From NCBI GenBank assembly GCA_038087875.1, contig JAXLNO010000680.1, positions 310,001 through 374,000 of the forward strand: DNA of 64,000 nt. The letters run 5' to 3'. Positions 62,613 to 64,000 of the stretch are shown piece after piece; positions within the stretch are counted from its first letter, which is position 1; each line of letters begins with the position of its first letter. The DNA comes from Malacoraja senta. Lineage: Eukaryota. The position numbers were made by a program, and so were the translations under genes. The notes under the pieces are model-generated. The model did not search any database and was not told the DNA's origin. It saw only the letters and a program-made list of their open reading frames with translations.

Positions 62613-64000
62613 TGTTGAGAACAGGAGCAAAGAGGTCCTTCTGCAGTTGTAAAAGGCCCTAGTGAGAGCACACCTGGAGTATTGTGTGCAGTTTTGGACC
62701 CCTAATTTGAGGAAGGACATTCTTGCTATTGAGGGAGTGCAGCGTAGGTTTACAAGGTTAATTCCCGGGATGGCTGGACCGTCATATGCTGAGAGAATGG
62801 AGAGGTGTGGCTTGTATACTCTGTGGAGTTTAGAAATATGAGAGTGGATCTTATTGAAACATATAAGATTATTAAGGGTTTGGACATGCTAGCGGCAGGA
62901 AACATGTTCCCAATGTTGGGGGAGTCCAGAACAAGGGCCACAGTTTAAGGATAAGGAGTAAGCAATTTAGAACGAAGATGAGGAAACACTTTTTCACACA
63001 GAGAGTTGTGAGTCTGTGGAATTCTCTGCCTCGGAGGGCGGTGGAGGCTGGATACTTTCAAGAGATAGCTAGATAGGGGTCTTAAAGAGCGGAGTCAGGG
63101 GATATGGGGCGAAGGCAGGACGGGGTACTGATTGGGGATGATCAGCCATGATCACATTGAATGGCGGTGCTGGCTCGAAGGGCCGAATGGCCTACTCCTG
63201 TACCTATTTTCTATGTTAACCCGGTTCCCTGACTTATTTTGGTTTAGTTCAGTTTGGTTTATTGTCACGTGTACTGAGGTAGAGTGAAAAGCTTTTGTTG
63301 CGTGCTAACCAGTCAGCGGAAAGACAATATATGATTACAATTGAGACATTCACAGTGAACACATACATGATAAAGGAATAACTTTCAGTTCATAAGTTCA
63401 TAAGTGATAGGAGCAGAATTAGGCCATTCGGCACATCAAGTCTACTCCGACATTCAATCATGGCTGAGCGATCTCTCCTGACCCCATTCTCCTGCCTTCT
63501 CCCTGTAACTCCTGACACCTGACCCCCAGTGCAAGATGGAGCCAGTGAAATATGATCAAAGATAGCCCGAGGATCTCCAAGTGAGGTGGATAGTAGTTCA
63601 GGATTGCCGTAACACTAAGGAACAGAGGAGACTAAAGCATGAATGATATATTTGGTCAGCTTAATTAAGTGGCTTCACTCAGTATCAGCTCCATAATTGG
63701 TGTGACAATAATATTAGAGCAACATAAAAGACCTAGATGAAAAGAAAATTTACCTCCAGGATTAATCATTATCTATTAAAAACTAGTATATTCACTCTTT
63801 GAATCCAAAGTTCATACCAACACCTGCACATTTAGTGTAGTGATTACAATTAGGTGGTTTGCTTATCCCAGCCAAGGCCAATGAAATGTTCATCATTATT
63901 AGTTTGGTTTAGTTTAGTTTATTTTAGTTTAGTTTAGAGAATCAGCGTGAAAGCAGGCCCTTCGGCCCACCGAGTCCGCACCAACCAGCGATCCCCACAC
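62613..64000 (+). repeat. Near-identical duplicate of ~50751-52138
   Basis: Same CR1 mutations, flanking unique sequence and SINE tail. Confidence 0.95.

Overview
Eukaryotic, repeat-saturated genomic DNA with no intact host gene and two ~200-N assembly gaps (5469-5668, 57108-57308). The repeat inventory (CR1 LINEs with (TTTCTATG)n tails, Penelope-like elements with hammerhead-like terminal motifs, tRNA-derived SINEs, Rex/Babar, Tx1, L1, Gypsy, DIRS, hAT, Harbinger) suggests a cartilaginous fish, probably a skate or ray; this is inference, not a database result. Host-gene remnants are three degenerate copies of a minus-strand Ig V-type exon of the CD2/CEACAM kind (no canonical B-F disulfide, but a private C-x10-C pair). 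There is also a clean 52-nt signal-peptide exon (MQSESRWILVILCLCQI-G, phase 1). That exon lies inside a Harbinger-type TIR element, which is nested in a hAT transposase, which is nested in a minisatellite, so it looks like transposon-captured gene cargo. Other resolved structures are: a DIRS element with inverted LTRs and an internal complementary region inside a Buster/Charlie hAT; an internally deleted Gypsy provirus with a GAGGT target-site duplication (TSD) and an inverted internal copy; palindromic Penelope-derived inserts; a THAP-domain palindrome; and several layers of tandem or segmental duplication, some possibly assembly haplotype duplicates. Most long ORFs in the ORF track are artefacts of minisatellites and low-complexity DNA. 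Coordinates were read by eye and may be off by a few bases unless a TSD or splice site is quoted.
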